This document shows, in pieces, positions 26,201 through 37,350 of a stretch of DNA of 64,000 nucleotides. The notes beneath the pieces were generated by a model. It was given only the letters and a program-made list of their open reading frames with translations. It did not search any database and was not told the DNA's origin. Source of the stretch: Eutreptiella sp. 'Long Island Sound 2002' (Eukaryota; Protista; Euglenida). The stretch is from contig OZ038378.1 of the NCBI GenBank assembly GCA_964036045.1, forward strand, positions 141,732,001 through 141,796,000. Reading direction: 5' to 3'. Both the position numbers and the translations under genes were made by a program. Position 1 is the first letter of the stretch, and every line of letters begins with the position of its first letter.

Positions 26201-29067
26201 GGGGGATCCCTTGGTTCTGGACGCCAACTAACACCCCAACTAACTGTTGGCCAGAGGCCCCTTGGGGGGGGCATTGGAGGGGGAATTCAGGGAGGGGCGA
26301 TGGGGGGGTCTAGGAGGGGCTTGGGGGGGGGGGGCGCTCAGGGAGGGCCGGTGGGGGGGGGGTCCAGGTGCGGCGATTTGGGGTGGTGGGGGGGGGGGTC
26401 CAGGTGGGGCAATTTGAGGTGTTGGGGGGGGGGGGCACAGGCTCCCCTTACCTCCCCTTGCCCTCCCTCTAACCATACCATCACCATAAACCTAACCCTA
26501 ACCTTTGCAGCCAGTTGGTTTGGCCATGCCAGCCATGTTGATTGGGCTGAACAAGATCCCCCAAACTTCATACATGGCTGCTTTTGCCACATCATTGCTC
26601 TCCATTTTGGACCCCAACACTCACTCTGACCCTAGCCTAGGGTGAGAGCTAGGGCTAGGGTTAGGCTCACCGAGCTGGTGGAACCAGTCTTGGTTTTATA
26701 ACCCTTTTTAGTGTCTAGGGTGGACCTACCAGGTTTAGCAGAAGCAGCAGCAAGCAAGCAGCAGCACGCGCGAAATGGGTAAAAATCAGAACTCCGTCGT
26801 GGTGCTTCAGAGTCGGGTGAGATTTTGGTGGATGATACCTATGGGTGTGACGTACAATCACACAAAGTTTGAGCAAGAAACTCAACGGTGGCGGCCGGGA
26901 ACGGGATTCGCAAGTGGCGGACCTCAGTTTCAAAAACTGCAGTTTAGGGCCAAAAACAGCCATTTTTGGGCCAAAAAAGCCTTGGAACCTGTTCAAAACG
27001 GCCAAACGAAGGGAAACGGTGGGTACACTCCACGTGCGGCTTGACTTCCCTATGTCAACGAGCTCTTTGCGCCCCTCTAACTCCATGATATGTCCCGGAA
27101 ACGGCCCAAAAAGGCCCCCAAAAGCTCCAAATGCCGATAGCCACAAACCAGGAATAGGCCATATCTTTGGCTACATGGCTCAAAACGCGATTCCGAGGGC
27201 ACCTACTCCACCCGCAACCCCCCACTTTTTGTGGTTTCCGTCCCTCAGAATTGCCCAAATGGACGCCTAGACCCCCGTACCCAGGCCCACTAGGCTGCGG
27301 CAAGCTGCAAGCTCAAGCCCAAACAGGTGGGTGCCCAAATGGGTCAACAGGGTCCAGTAGGGGCAAAAAGATGACTTTTCTCAAAAATGATCCTAGACCA
27401 TGTGCGACGCTAAAACAAGTGTTTTTGGACCGTTTTGAGCTTGTGGTGGCCCATTTTGGTCCTCCAAAAATCCCAAAATGCCTTGAAAATGGGCTGTTTT
27501 GAGACCAAAAATGGGTCAAAAATGGGTCAAAAACGCATTTTTCCAAACCTCATCCTAGACCATTTGGGGTGCACAAACGGGTGAAATGAGCCCATTTTGA
27601 GTCCATTTTGGGGCATTTTGGCCCCTCAGAAGTCCAAAAAGCCTTGAAAGTGGGCCTCGTGGTGATGGGGTTCACTTGCAAGCTGATTCCACTTTGTCAA
27701 GAGCCATCAATGTGTGAATCATTCTTGATGTCCCTCACCAGTCATAGCTGATGTTCCCTCCCCCACCAGCTCGGTCCCAATATTCAGTCTTGATTAGGGT
27801 GAGGGTGAGGGGTAGGGCTAGGGCTAGGTGTAGGGTTAGGAGTAGGCTGAGGGTTGGGGGTGGGTGTTAGAGTCAAGGTTGGGTTTAAGGATAGTGTTGG
27901 GGTGCAAAGTGGACAAAATTTTCCTTAGGGCACCTTTGGTGCTCATGGAGCATCAGGTGCCTTTGGCACCCATGGACGCTTGAGGGCGACACCTTTGGCA
28001 ACTAACTGTTGGCTGGAGGCCACTGGGGGGGGGGGCAGGGGTAGTTGGCGTCCTAGGACCCGCGGAGTTCCCCCCCCCCCCCGGGGGCTCCGGTGTCCGG
28101 TCGGGGGTGCCCCAGGCCACCCTTGCACAAGGTCTCACACAATAGATGTGCATCGGACAACGATGATGGAAACACACCCCTGCACTTACACCGAGAACAC
28201 ATCACGCGTGCACACAGAACACCCCTCCTTCCTCCAATCACCTACTCGGCGGCACGGCAGCTGAGCCTTTCTTAAACCCTCGTGACACCGCCCCCGGACA
28301 GCAAAGCCCAAAGAAGGCAGGCAGTGGTGTCGGGGATATTGCAGGACTGGTTGTCAAAACCTCCCGTAAAATGGCATAAAACCCAGTTGCCAATGCATTG
28401 CCATCACCTACTAAGCGCACAAAGTGTCACACATGCCCCAGAGGTGGTGTGCAAATACTCTCCAACCAATGCATTGACAAGGGGTCATGCGGAAAGGGTG
28501 CACACAAATTGCCACACTGTTGCAATGGCCTCGCACTGCACTCATTTACCCACTGCTATGATCTGAGGAAAGGGTTGTTCGGGCACCTGTAACTTTTTGA
28601 ACCAACTGACTCCACAGCCCCCTGGGAGGGGGTTGGGCAGGAGAGGGACGGACAATCAATTGGGTGGGTGGGTGGGGGGATGGGCTTTCTGCTCCACCAG
28701 CTGTCTTTCCGCCTACTCCTCCAACCCCTCTACTTGTGGTAGGTCTGTGGCACCTGCACGATCCCCGGCTCCAGTTGCATTTGCCATTTACATAGTCAAG
28801 GCAAAGAGGCATGTTGCCCTTCTTCTTCTTGCTCTTGGCATCTGCTTGCCTGGCATCTTGCTTTGGGCTTTTTGCCACATTGATGGTCTGTGGCTGATCA
28901 AGAGGACTAAGGGGTGACGATGGCTGATCGAGAGGACTGTAGGGTGACGCAATTGAGGCCTCCTCTGAACTGATTCCATCACTCACGTCGCTGAAATTCT
29001 GGTACACCAGGGATGATGGTCGGTTCAGAGGGAAAAGCTGTTCAGTTAAATAGAGAGCGGATGACAT
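22674..29067 (-). CDS. Tandem CCCH zinc-finger protein gene, 3 exons, 423 aa: join(28754..29067, 25159..25531, 22674..23258)
   Basis: Both introns are GT-AG and phase-compatible (2, then 0). Splicing completes finger 1 CLDYVNGKCNWSRGSCR|YYH (C-x7-C-x6-C-x3-H); finger 2 is CKVWALTGFCKFGQSCWNLH (C-x8-C-x5-C-x3-H). 1272 nt open. The last exon could splice before its stop. Confidence 0.85.
23607..24610. repeat. Foldback structure: two oppositely oriented arrays of palindromic units around a ~115-bp spacer
   Basis: Left arm about 23607-24090 of AACCACACTAAAGTGTGGTT +/- GGGATG(G/C)CTC; right arm about 24205-24610 with the reverse-complement linker GAGCCATCCC. Lies in intron 2 of the CCCH gene. Confidence 0.9.
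25159..25531 (-). CDS. CCCH gene exon 2
   Basis: ctgcag|G TAC TAC CAC ... GTA CTG|gtgtgc; 373 nt. Confidence 0.85.
26630..27900. repeat. Composite insertion bracketed by degenerate TTAGGG-like tracts
   Basis: CTAGGG/TTAGGG variants at about 26633-26665 and 27793-27870. Inverted ACCGAGCTGGTGG / CCACCAGCTCGGT at about 26669 and 27763. Interior is dispersed-repeat-like. Confidence 0.5.
28754..29067 (-). CDS. CCCH gene exon 1
   Basis: ATG TCA TCC GCT at 29067 ... TCG TGC AG|gtgcca; 314 nt. Confidence 0.85.
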
Positions 29068-29083
29068 TGTTCGCACAGGGGGC

Positions 29084-29122
29084 CTGAAAAAGATGGGAGG
29101 CGCTTGGAAAAGGAGAATTCTG
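29084..29122 (-). promoter_or_regulatory. Candidate splice acceptor(s) (spliced-leader trans-splice or 5' UTR intron) before the CCCH start codon
   Basis: Pyrimidine tracts ending in AG: ATTCTCCTTTTCCAAG and CATCTTTTTCAG, the latter 16 nt before the ATG. Confidence 0.5.
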
Positions 29123-30046
29123 ATGCAATTCCAAACAGCTGAAGATAGTGCAGCAGTCAATTTCAATGGTGAATAACTGAGTGGCTACCAAAAAAGGGTG
29201 GAAAATGCTCCACAAAGGCTGGTCGACAACTGTCCCCCTCTCCAAACGGTGTTGGAGGGGAGGGGAGGTCCATAAGGAGGGTGACGGAATTGCCTCCGAA
29301 TGCAAAATTGGATGAAATGCAACTCATCGGGGCTGCCACGCCAGATGGTCCTGACCAAACCCCAATGCCACAACTATCCAAACAAATGCTCAAGCCTAAT
29401 ACCACCCATGCACATGATTGTTGCCGGGCCGTCAAAGTTCAATTCTTTCTTCCAATGAATGGCACAATGACATGAATTCGGCCATTATAAGCACCATCAT
29501 GGAAGCGTGGCAGTGGCAGTCCTTAACCCTACGTGGGCCCATCTATGCTTCCACCAATAGCACCTCTCCTCACATCAAGGCCCAAGGACGGCTAGGTTCC
29601 CTGTAGGTACTGAAACCACCGAAGCTCAAGTTAGGGCAGCCTTGGGTTCCCCGAAGGTACTTCCTCAACACTTGTCCCCAAAAGCGCACTGCATACATAC
29701 TTCGGCTTCCTTTGTCACTCGGGAGTGGCTGCTAAACCCTGCCGTCTCATGGGCCCATTTGTGGGCGGAATGGCCACATCACCCTTGCCTTCTCGGGGGT
29801 CCTAAAAGGGACGAAATAAGAAGTGGCTGCCTAACCCCTACCATCTTGGGGGGCAAGAAATGGGCACTCAATGTGGCTACATCAACCATGCTTTCTCGGG
29901 GTGCCCATGGTGGGGAGAAGTCAACCTCAATTTGTAGATTGAGCCACTCTGCTCCCGTTGCCTTAACATCATGACCAGCAATCGTGACCCACACCATTGA
30001 ATGTCCCTTGGTCTAGTTTTGGGTGAGTGTGTGTGCGTGGGGGATG

Positions 30047-30088
30047 CAGAGAGAGAGAGAGAGAGAGAGAGTGTGTGTGTGTGTGTGT
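30047..30088. repeat. Compound (GA)n(GT)n microsatellite
   Basis: Direct reading. Confidence 0.95.
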
Positions 30089-30433
30089 GGTCTGTACTAT
30101 TTACGAGGTAGATCCTTATGCAGCCATGAGATGGCAGGTGCATTCGGCTCAGTCTGCTGTCGCCTCTTTGCGCCTGTGATCCATCCCTTCTGCGGAATCA
30201 GAACCTCTGTGTGTGAACGGTTAGGTAACCTCGGAGCTGGCTCTTCCGTGTGCCCCCAGAAAAAGCTGGCGGCAGATTGCTTCCGTATCCGGCGTCTCTG
30301 CCAACCCCTGTGGAACAGGGGTTGGTGGGGAGGGCGGGGATGGCGTTTTGGGCCTCCGCCGCTTGGGGGCGGGAGGCGTTGGGGGTTGGTGTGGAGACCT
30401 CAAGGAGGCTTGACTTGTTTGTGAAGGCCCGAC

Positions 30434-31339
30434 TCATGGGCGCTTACATGGACGCTTCAGCTGTTGAGAGGAGCAACGCTTCCTGGATGGCTGGACCAGG
30501 GTGCATACTTTGTGGTGCGCCCTCGCACAACAGTGCCTTACCCCCTGTTGTGTGCGTGCGCAAATGGGGCACGGCGGCAGTCTGTGGGCCTCACAGAGCT
30601 GTAGTTGCGGGCGGCGAGGGACGTGCCCCGCTTCGTGATGCCCCAAAGAGCAGCATTCATGGGCTGCTTTGCGCAGCCTCTTGCACGTGATGCACGCTGG
30701 GAAAGAGTGTGTGTCACATACAGTGGCATTTGCTGGTGCCCTGGTCACGTTTGCCTGTGCTGCTGGCGGTGCGTGCCTGCGTGTTCCTGTGTACGGGCGC
30801 TGTGGCAAACGACCGTCGCCGATGATGGGGAAAAAATCTGCTCCAAAGTTGGAGCCTGTGGCTCCACCCTTGGCTGTGAGCTGTGCACCAGATGCTGGTG
30901 CCAGGCCTGTCTGCAAGTTCCCGCACAGGGCTCTGTGCACTCTATGTGCTTCAATCTCTGCTGCCGTCTTACGCGGGCGGTATGTGTATGGGCGCAACGC
31001 ATGCGTGCGGTGTGTTCCTGCCTTGGCCACCCACTGCTCTTCGCAATACTGAACGAGTTTGCGGATGTGTGAAATCATGGCCTCTCGGCGTGCAAAATAC
31101 GGGCGTTTATTCAAACCGCAGATCGCCGGTCCCCACAGCGGCACAAGCGAGCCACAGCGGGTCACCATGCCGGCTGGGTGTAGCTTGCCTGAGGTGACCA
31201 GTCGCTGGGCGCTGGCCATTGCCAAATGCAGTACCCTGCCTCTTTCTTGGAGGGACAGGGTATTTCCTGTATACTTCGCCTGAGGCGCATGGGGGAGGGT
31301 CCGTTGCGCGAACTCTTCAAAATCAATTGCCAGTTCCAA
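30434..31339 (-). CDS. 301-codon open frame ending in two C-x2-H-x4-C-x2-C-x9-CC-x3-HH motifs
   Basis: CDTHSFPACITCKRLRKAAHECCSLGHH and CEAHRLPPCPICARTQQGVRHCCARAHH have identical spacing. Probably the tail of the retroelement ORF. Confidence 0.55.
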   Translation of the reverse strand: MELAIDFEEFAQRTLPHAPQAKYTGNTLSLQERGRVLHLAMASAQRLVTSGKLHPAGMVTRCGSLVPLWGPAICGLNKRPYFARREAMISHIRKLVQYCEEQWVAKAGTHRTHALRPYTYRPRKTAAEIEAHRVHRALCGNLQTGLAPASGAQLTAKGGATGSNFGADFFPIIGDGRLPQRPYTGTRRHAPPAAQANVTRAPANATVCDTHSFPACITCKRLRKAAHECCSLGHHEAGHVPRRPQLQLCEAHRLPPCPICARTQQGVRHCCARAHHKVCTLVQPSRKRCSSQQLKRPCKRP

Positions 31340-33150
31340 AACGGTGACAGTCCCCTATTCCTCCGGCCACGTCAGGGCTCGTAGCCAACTGAGCAGTCTG
31401 CGAGAAAGCTCTTTTCCCATTTCCATTCATGCCCCTTGGGGGTGCGGAGTGTCAGGGCACCGTGTGCCACCGTTCGGGGCAGTGGCCCGTGTTTTACAGT
31501 CTGCTTGTCCCCATTTAACATAAGGGGTTCACTCTGCCCTGGGACTTTCCAGCCCCACCAACCCTGCATAGGTGCCCAACCGCATTCCTGTGCTGTTTGC
31601 ACCGCGCGCCGAAAGGGGTCGCTGTTTCTTGTGTAAAGCCCTGTTTCCCAGATGGCCTGGGCAGTGATCTGGTTTGGGCCCCTGTTACGGCAGAGATGTG
31701 ACAGCCAAAGCAGGCGTGAATACTTGACCACGGGTTAGGCTGCATGCTGTACACCATGGTGTGATGTTGCAGGGGAAGGCTATGCCTCATTTGGAAGGGG
31801 GCGTTGCCATTCACTGTGGCTTGCCCTGGGATGGCCCTACAGACTCTGGCATACCCTGGTTGGGGGGGGGGGGGTGCAGCCCCGCCCCCGACGCTCTCTA
31901 AGGGTACCATTGGCACCTCATATCCATCATCCTCATTGCACTCGGCTGGTGGTTCCCCTCTAATCGGTGGCTCACTGTCAAGGAAACCCCCGTTGATGGG
32001 CATTTCCCAGTTGTCATCAGAGTCACAATGATGGTCAGGGCTCATTGGGCGGCTAGCTTCACGTGATAGTAGGTCATCTAAGCACATTGGCCGCAACGTG
32101 TCATCTATGGCGGCCCCAGAGGCTACTGCTGGTGACCACATGGGGTCCCGCCGGGGAGGGCGAAAAGGCACTTGTCCAGCTGGATGTGACTACCGGGGGC
32201 CAACAGGACATTCCCGAGTTGCTGTGTGGCGTGGCATCCTGCGATTGCTAACGCGACCGTTAGGGCATACTCGCCCCAACGCATACTGCGTCTTGTGTTG
32301 GCTGTGGGACAGATGTTGGGTGGGTTGGTTTTGTGGGGCATGGTCTAGGCACTAGTGCCCTTGCTGGTGCCACACGCATTGTGTGCGCTTGTGCCAGGCC
32401 CACTGTTGAAGCCTTAGGTGACGGTTGCAGTTGAAGTGTTAGCCGTGCTATCCGCGGAGGCACCGCTTTGCCTTCCCTGGTCGCAGGGGGACATTCGGGT
32501 ACGCTCGGTGTGGGTATTCGCACCGCTTGGGTGGGCATACGTGCTACAGTGTTCGGGGTCAGGAACCCTAGCCCTAGGAGGTATTGCCCCCGCAATCATG
32601 GGCGCCGTGGATGGCACGGTCGACAACACTTCCCGTGTTGTCTGATCAAACGGTCCTCAAAGCGGGCATCGGGGGTGACAGCTCGCGGGGACGCCAGATC
32701 GGCATAATTCGGAGCACCCCACGGCTCTAGGGTTGCCAGTTGCGGGTTGCCGGGTGTTGTTTGCTGGGCAGCCGCAGGAGGGGGGTAGGCCCGTTTGGCA
32801 GGTCGCCGTATGACTTGGCAGCCGCTCTGCCGCCAGGATATTGTGGGAGGAAGTCAGCTGCAAACAGGTCCGGGTTTCGTTTCCTACCTCGCTTGCATCG
32901 CTGGGAGTAACGAGGCCGTGAATGCCATCTTGGGGAGGCGCTCTTTGATTGCCGGGCTGGACTCCATGGATTCCCACTTGTCTTTAGCATGCCGGCTTCG
33001 GTTGCTTAGCTCCGCTCTTCCTAACTGTCGTGAAGGCTTGGTCACCCGGCTGATTTCACAGCACTTTCTCAGGTTCAGGATCATGGGCGGCATGTGGTGT
33101 CTGCTCGTGAAGTAGGGGCGCCTGTGTCCCGAAGAGTGGAGTTCGAATTC
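30434..33150 (-). mobile_element. Degenerate, probably internally deleted non-LTR retrotransposon (LINE-like)
   Basis: Broken low-complexity ORFs 31515-33156, then a W-rich segment (RGPNQITAQAIWETG..RRAVQTAQECGWAPMQGWWGW), a decayed knuckle-like DCSVGYEP*..DCHRF and a 301-aa terminal ORF. RT core not seen. Confidence 0.5.
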
Positions 33151-34269
33151 CCACAAACAGTATAATCAGATGAAATTCCAAACAAGTTACAAAGCAAATC
33201 AAAAACAGGAAAACGGACTCTCAGAGCGGAAAAACAAAATAACTGGAGATGGTTGTCACATTGGCTTGCAATCCCGAGTGGGTCCAAATACATCTGGTTG
33301 TAGACAGCACATCTGCTATTGCACAACCCATGCAGTTGAAATCGCCAGCGGGCATGGGAGAGCAAGCTCGGATGTTAAAGCGGGTGTTGTATAGCTTGCG
33401 GGACCAGAGTGGTGGTGTTTGTGCACTGAATCCATAGTGAACTACAGCCAGCAGGTCTGACTTCTATCACAGCACATCACATTAATTGCTGCTTCACTAG
33501 GATTTGCAGGTGTCAAGCATCATGAGGAGGAAAGCGTGGCTCGATTGTGGAAATAAGCGTAAGTCGCTTTTTGTTCGGCGTAAGTCACGTTTTTTTGACA
33601 GAAAACTTTTTTGGTGTAAGTCGCGTACGGGGAAAAAAAACCCCCTTTCAAAAAAAAAAACAGGCAGGGAAACACAAGAACCACCCAACAACCGCCATTT
33701 CTACCGGAGGAGGCGAAGCATATAGCCCCCACGGACATGTTGGGTACCTCCGGCACGGGTAAAGCAATGGAGCCGTGGCGTGAAGGGTGGTTTTTGTACG
33801 CATCGCCGGCAGATGGCGGAAATAACGTGGAGCACACTCATCATGACCGCAAACAAAAAATGCAATTTGCCCTTCGGCCTTTGGAACGTCGTATCAAAAT
33901 GACTATATTGTTGTTGGTGCCACCGGCTACGAACCTCAAGCCAGCGATACTACCTGAGTCCGGTCACCTCGGGCCAACTACATTATTCACGTGCAACCAT
34001 AATGGCGCGGGGCCAACTACAAGAAGTCGCCAAACACACGCTTGTAGATCAAATCAGACTTTGTGTCCGATGCCTTCGTGTTCCGCGCACAAACGTCACG
34101 GATGTCCTTCGCAAGGAACTCTTCAAACTCTCGAATAAATCGTTGGTCGTTCCCCAACCGACCCTTTGCGCCCTTTGGGTACGCCTCGGGCACCTTGAAA
34201 AGCTTCCCACGGATGAACATGTATGGACGGGCATCATCACTTGTGGGGGGGGTTAGAAGAGGAAATGGA

Positions 34270-35500
34270 CTACCGGGTCTGTAGAGGGGCCTTAACATTG
34301 CCCTTCACTGACTTCCAATCTTGGGGCACGTCCTCAGAGTTGGAGGCCGGGAAGGCAGGAGATTCTCCAACTGTTGGCTCCGAGGAGGAGGCAGCAATGT
34401 TGCCCTCGGAGTCCGCAAGAGGATCGTATTCATCAAAAGAGAGAGGGGAAGTAGATGGGGGCGGGGACTCAGGGTTGGAGGCTTGGGCAGGAGGAGATTC
34501 TCCAGGCTTCCGGCAAGTCACCTCCCCCTCCCACCCAATCTCCGGGATGGTGCCGGAGACTCGGACGGAGCGATCTGGATTGATGATGCGCAGTGCTTCC
34601 TTGATGCATCCTTTCGGCATAGGTGTAACAACAACATCGTCCAGGCTTCCCCTTTGGCCAGCAACCTCATCACAAAGATGCAGCGATTGATAGCCACATG
34701 ACCAACCATCCTCTTGAAAACCCAAAGCTTGACAATGTGCAGCAACACCCTTTGACTGGAGGCATCTCAACATTGGCTAGACCAAAGAATTACCACAAAG
34801 TGGCTCCCAAATGTGGACTTTGAAGGCCCATACTGGGACTTTGCAGTCGATGGCACAAAGAAGCCAATGGAGCCGTTCACAATCGTCACTGTTAACAATA
34901 AATATGTGGCGGCACCTCCAAGCCACACTAACGGTTGTATGGTTGTTGCCCTTACTTTCTTCGTACTTCCTCATCATTTTCAGGCACGACGCAATGTATC
35001 TCACCGCCATAGTCCATGCCCCTGGCTCCTCGACCTCATTGTAGTACAACTTGTCGTTCAGCTGCGCAAGAATTTCCTTGTCGCTTAACCAATCTCCCAC
35101 AACAAGAGGCTTGGTTTCATCGACGGGCGTCCGGCGGGTCGCCATCCGTGGTGGAGCCACAAGGATAGCAGTATCCTCCTCCTCAAAAATGCCGGCATCC
35201 AACGGCTTAGCTACGTCGGAGGGAGTGGCAAGGACAGGCATCACAGCATCTTGCTCCGGAGTGGCGGCATTTGAAAGCTCGCTCACCTTACCAGCTAGTA
35301 CGAACGCCTAGTATGAGTCCACCTCATCCTCAACAGGATCAGGGGGCAAGGTGGCTTGCAGGAGGAAATCCACGTCAACCTCCGTTTTCCACTTGCGGTA
35401 CAACCACACATCCTCATCACGAGGGATGCGGCCTCGCATTGGGCACTCCACTGAGGTCAAGCAAATCCCACAGCCTCGCAGTGCATGCACCACAGGTACC
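34270..35500 (-). pseudogene. Ulp1/SENP-like (C48) cysteine protease pseudogene, probably transposon-borne
   Basis: Track ORFs 35308..35595, 34777..35286 and 34270..34773 share one frame separated by single TAGs. Motifs WLSDKEI, IFIVN..LHWLLCAID, HIWEPL, LGFQEDGWSCGYQSL. Continues frameshifted to about 34017. AAGCGTAAGTCGC repeats flank it at about 33555-33630 and 35520-35950. Confidence 0.75.
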
Positions 35501-35689
35501 AATTTCGTAGGTCGTGCAACGAAAAAAGCGTACCTCGCTATTTTGAAAAAGAAAAAAAGCGTAACTCGTTTATTTTTTTTTTTGCTGAGGGTCATGTATC
35601 AAAAAAAGTGTAGGTCGCATAACGAAAAAAGTGTGGCTCGCTTTTTTTTTGTAAAAAGCGTAAGACACGTAACTTGGTTTTTGGTGTAG

Positions 35690-35955
35690 GTTGCGTCACA
35701 AAAAAAGCGTAAGTCGCGTACCATACATTTTCGAGTTTTTTTTTTCCACACTCAACTAACATCTAAAATAAATAAATAAGCGACTTACGCCAAATTAAAA
35801 TAAAAATAAGCGACATGCATCAAGCGTGTGTCGCTTATTTGTTTTATTTGGCGCAAGTCACTTATTTACTCTTTTTTAAGCGTAAGTCGAGTGTGGAAAA
35901 AAAAATTCGAAAATGTATGGTACGCGACTTACGCTTTTTTTGTGACGCGAACTAC
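35690..35955. repeat. Near-perfect ~265-bp hairpin
   Basis: About 35694-35752 is the near reverse complement of 35889-35948; inner ATAAGCGACTTACGCCAAAT..AAATAAGCGAC is mirrored at 35830-35865. Confidence 0.85.
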
Positions 35956-36084
35956 TCCAAAAAAAAAAAGTTACGCAACTGACGCCTTTCACCTATGATT
36001 TTAGCAGCTGTTTTTTTTCCCAAAATTCAAAAAGTCAGCAAAAGGAGGTTTTTCGCGGGAAATGACCTATTTTTTTGGTTTCTA

Positions 36085-36406
36085 CGGCCCCAAAATAGGG
36101 GGGGGGGGGTTCCTCCTACCCGAGTTTTGTCCAAAAATATCAAAAACCCTGAAATTTGGCCTATTTTGGGGTATTTTTGCCTGCTCTGGGCTGGTCCTGC
36201 AGAACAGTGCTGCACACCAGTGTACCTGCCTATAGAGGATTTTCGCCAGAAATTCCCCTTTTCTTTGGATTCTCTGGCCCCAAAATAGGGATGGGGGGGT
36301 TCCTCCCACCCGAGCTTTCTCCCAAACCATCAAAAACCCTGGAATTTGGCCTATTTTGGGGTATTTTTGTCTGCTCTGGGTTGGTACTGCAGAACAGTGC
36401 TGCACA
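36085..36406. repeat. Tandem direct duplication of about 130 bp
   Basis: GGCCCCAAAATAGGG..GCAGAACAGTGCTGCACAC at about 36085-36215 and 36275-36406. Confidence 0.85.
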
Positions 36407-36569
36407 CAATTACAAAAAAAAAGCGAGCTACGCTTTTTTCGTTACGCGGCCTACGCTTTTTTTGATACGCGACCTACAGCAAAAAACATAAATGAGTGAG
36501 TTACGCTTTTTTCTTTAAAAAAAAAAGCGAGGTACGCTTTTTGCGATACGCGGTCTACGAAAAGCGTAC

Positions 36570-37115
36570 CCCCCCCCCCGTGCCCAGGAACCGGCAATGT
36601 TTGACCGCGGAACCAGGGGGCGGTTCTTGCACACAGTTTCCCCCCAAAATTCGACCGCGGAACCAGGGGTTGGTTCTTGCGCACGACCGTGGACAGCCCC
36701 GTACCGTGGAAAAAAAATTGTCCGATTGCGCCACGGCATGCGCACCCTCTCCTTCCCCACAGTTAACCACATTGACAAATGAACACCAAAGGAGTGAATC
36801 TCAACTGACTGGGCTGTAGTGTGCCTTCCAACGTGCATGGAATGATCTAATGTTCAACTGGTTCGGACGTGTTTAACTGACCGGGGGGGAGGGGTTTAAG
36901 GGGTATGTGCGCCTGTGACTGACTAATAGGGTCCCGCCTGATGGGGGGAGGACCCGTAGCAACACACATGAAATGTTGTCCTGCACACATGAATAGCTGT
37001 CCTGCATCCATGAAAGCATGAAAAACCCAATACCGTGGTAAAAAAAAGTGGTGCGAGAATTCGACCGCAGAACCAGGAAGCGGTTCTTGCGCAAGGCGGT
37101 TCCTAGGCACGGGGG
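36570..37115. mobile_element. 546-bp MITE with TA (or GTAC) TSD
   Basis: TIRs (C)nGTGCCCAGGAACCG / CGGTTCCTAGGCAC(G)n. GTAC at 36566-36569 and 37116-37119; a single GTAC at the paralogous empty site 35496-35499. Internal GACCGCGGAACCAGG repeats. Confidence 0.8.
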
Positions 37116-37350
37116 GTACCTGTGGTGCATGCACTGCAAAGGCTGTGGTTTTTACTTGACCTCAGTGGAGTGCCCAATGCGAGGCTGCATCCCTCGTGAT
37201 GAGGATGTGTGGTTGTACCGCAAGTGGAAAACGGAGGTTGACGTGGATTCCCATGGCAACCCGCCGGACGCCCTTCGATGAAACCAAGCCTCTTGTTGTG
37301 GGAGATTGGTTAAGCGACAAGGACATTCTTGCGTGGCTAGACTATGATTT
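37116..37350 (+). pseudogene. Inverted second copy of the 5' part of the Ulp1-like ORF, with an internal deletion
   Basis: LTSVECPMRGCIPRDEDVWLYRKWKTEVDVD joined to MATRRTPFDETKPLVVGDWLSDKDILA, matching the minus-strand copy at about 35080-35500. Confidence 0.85.
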
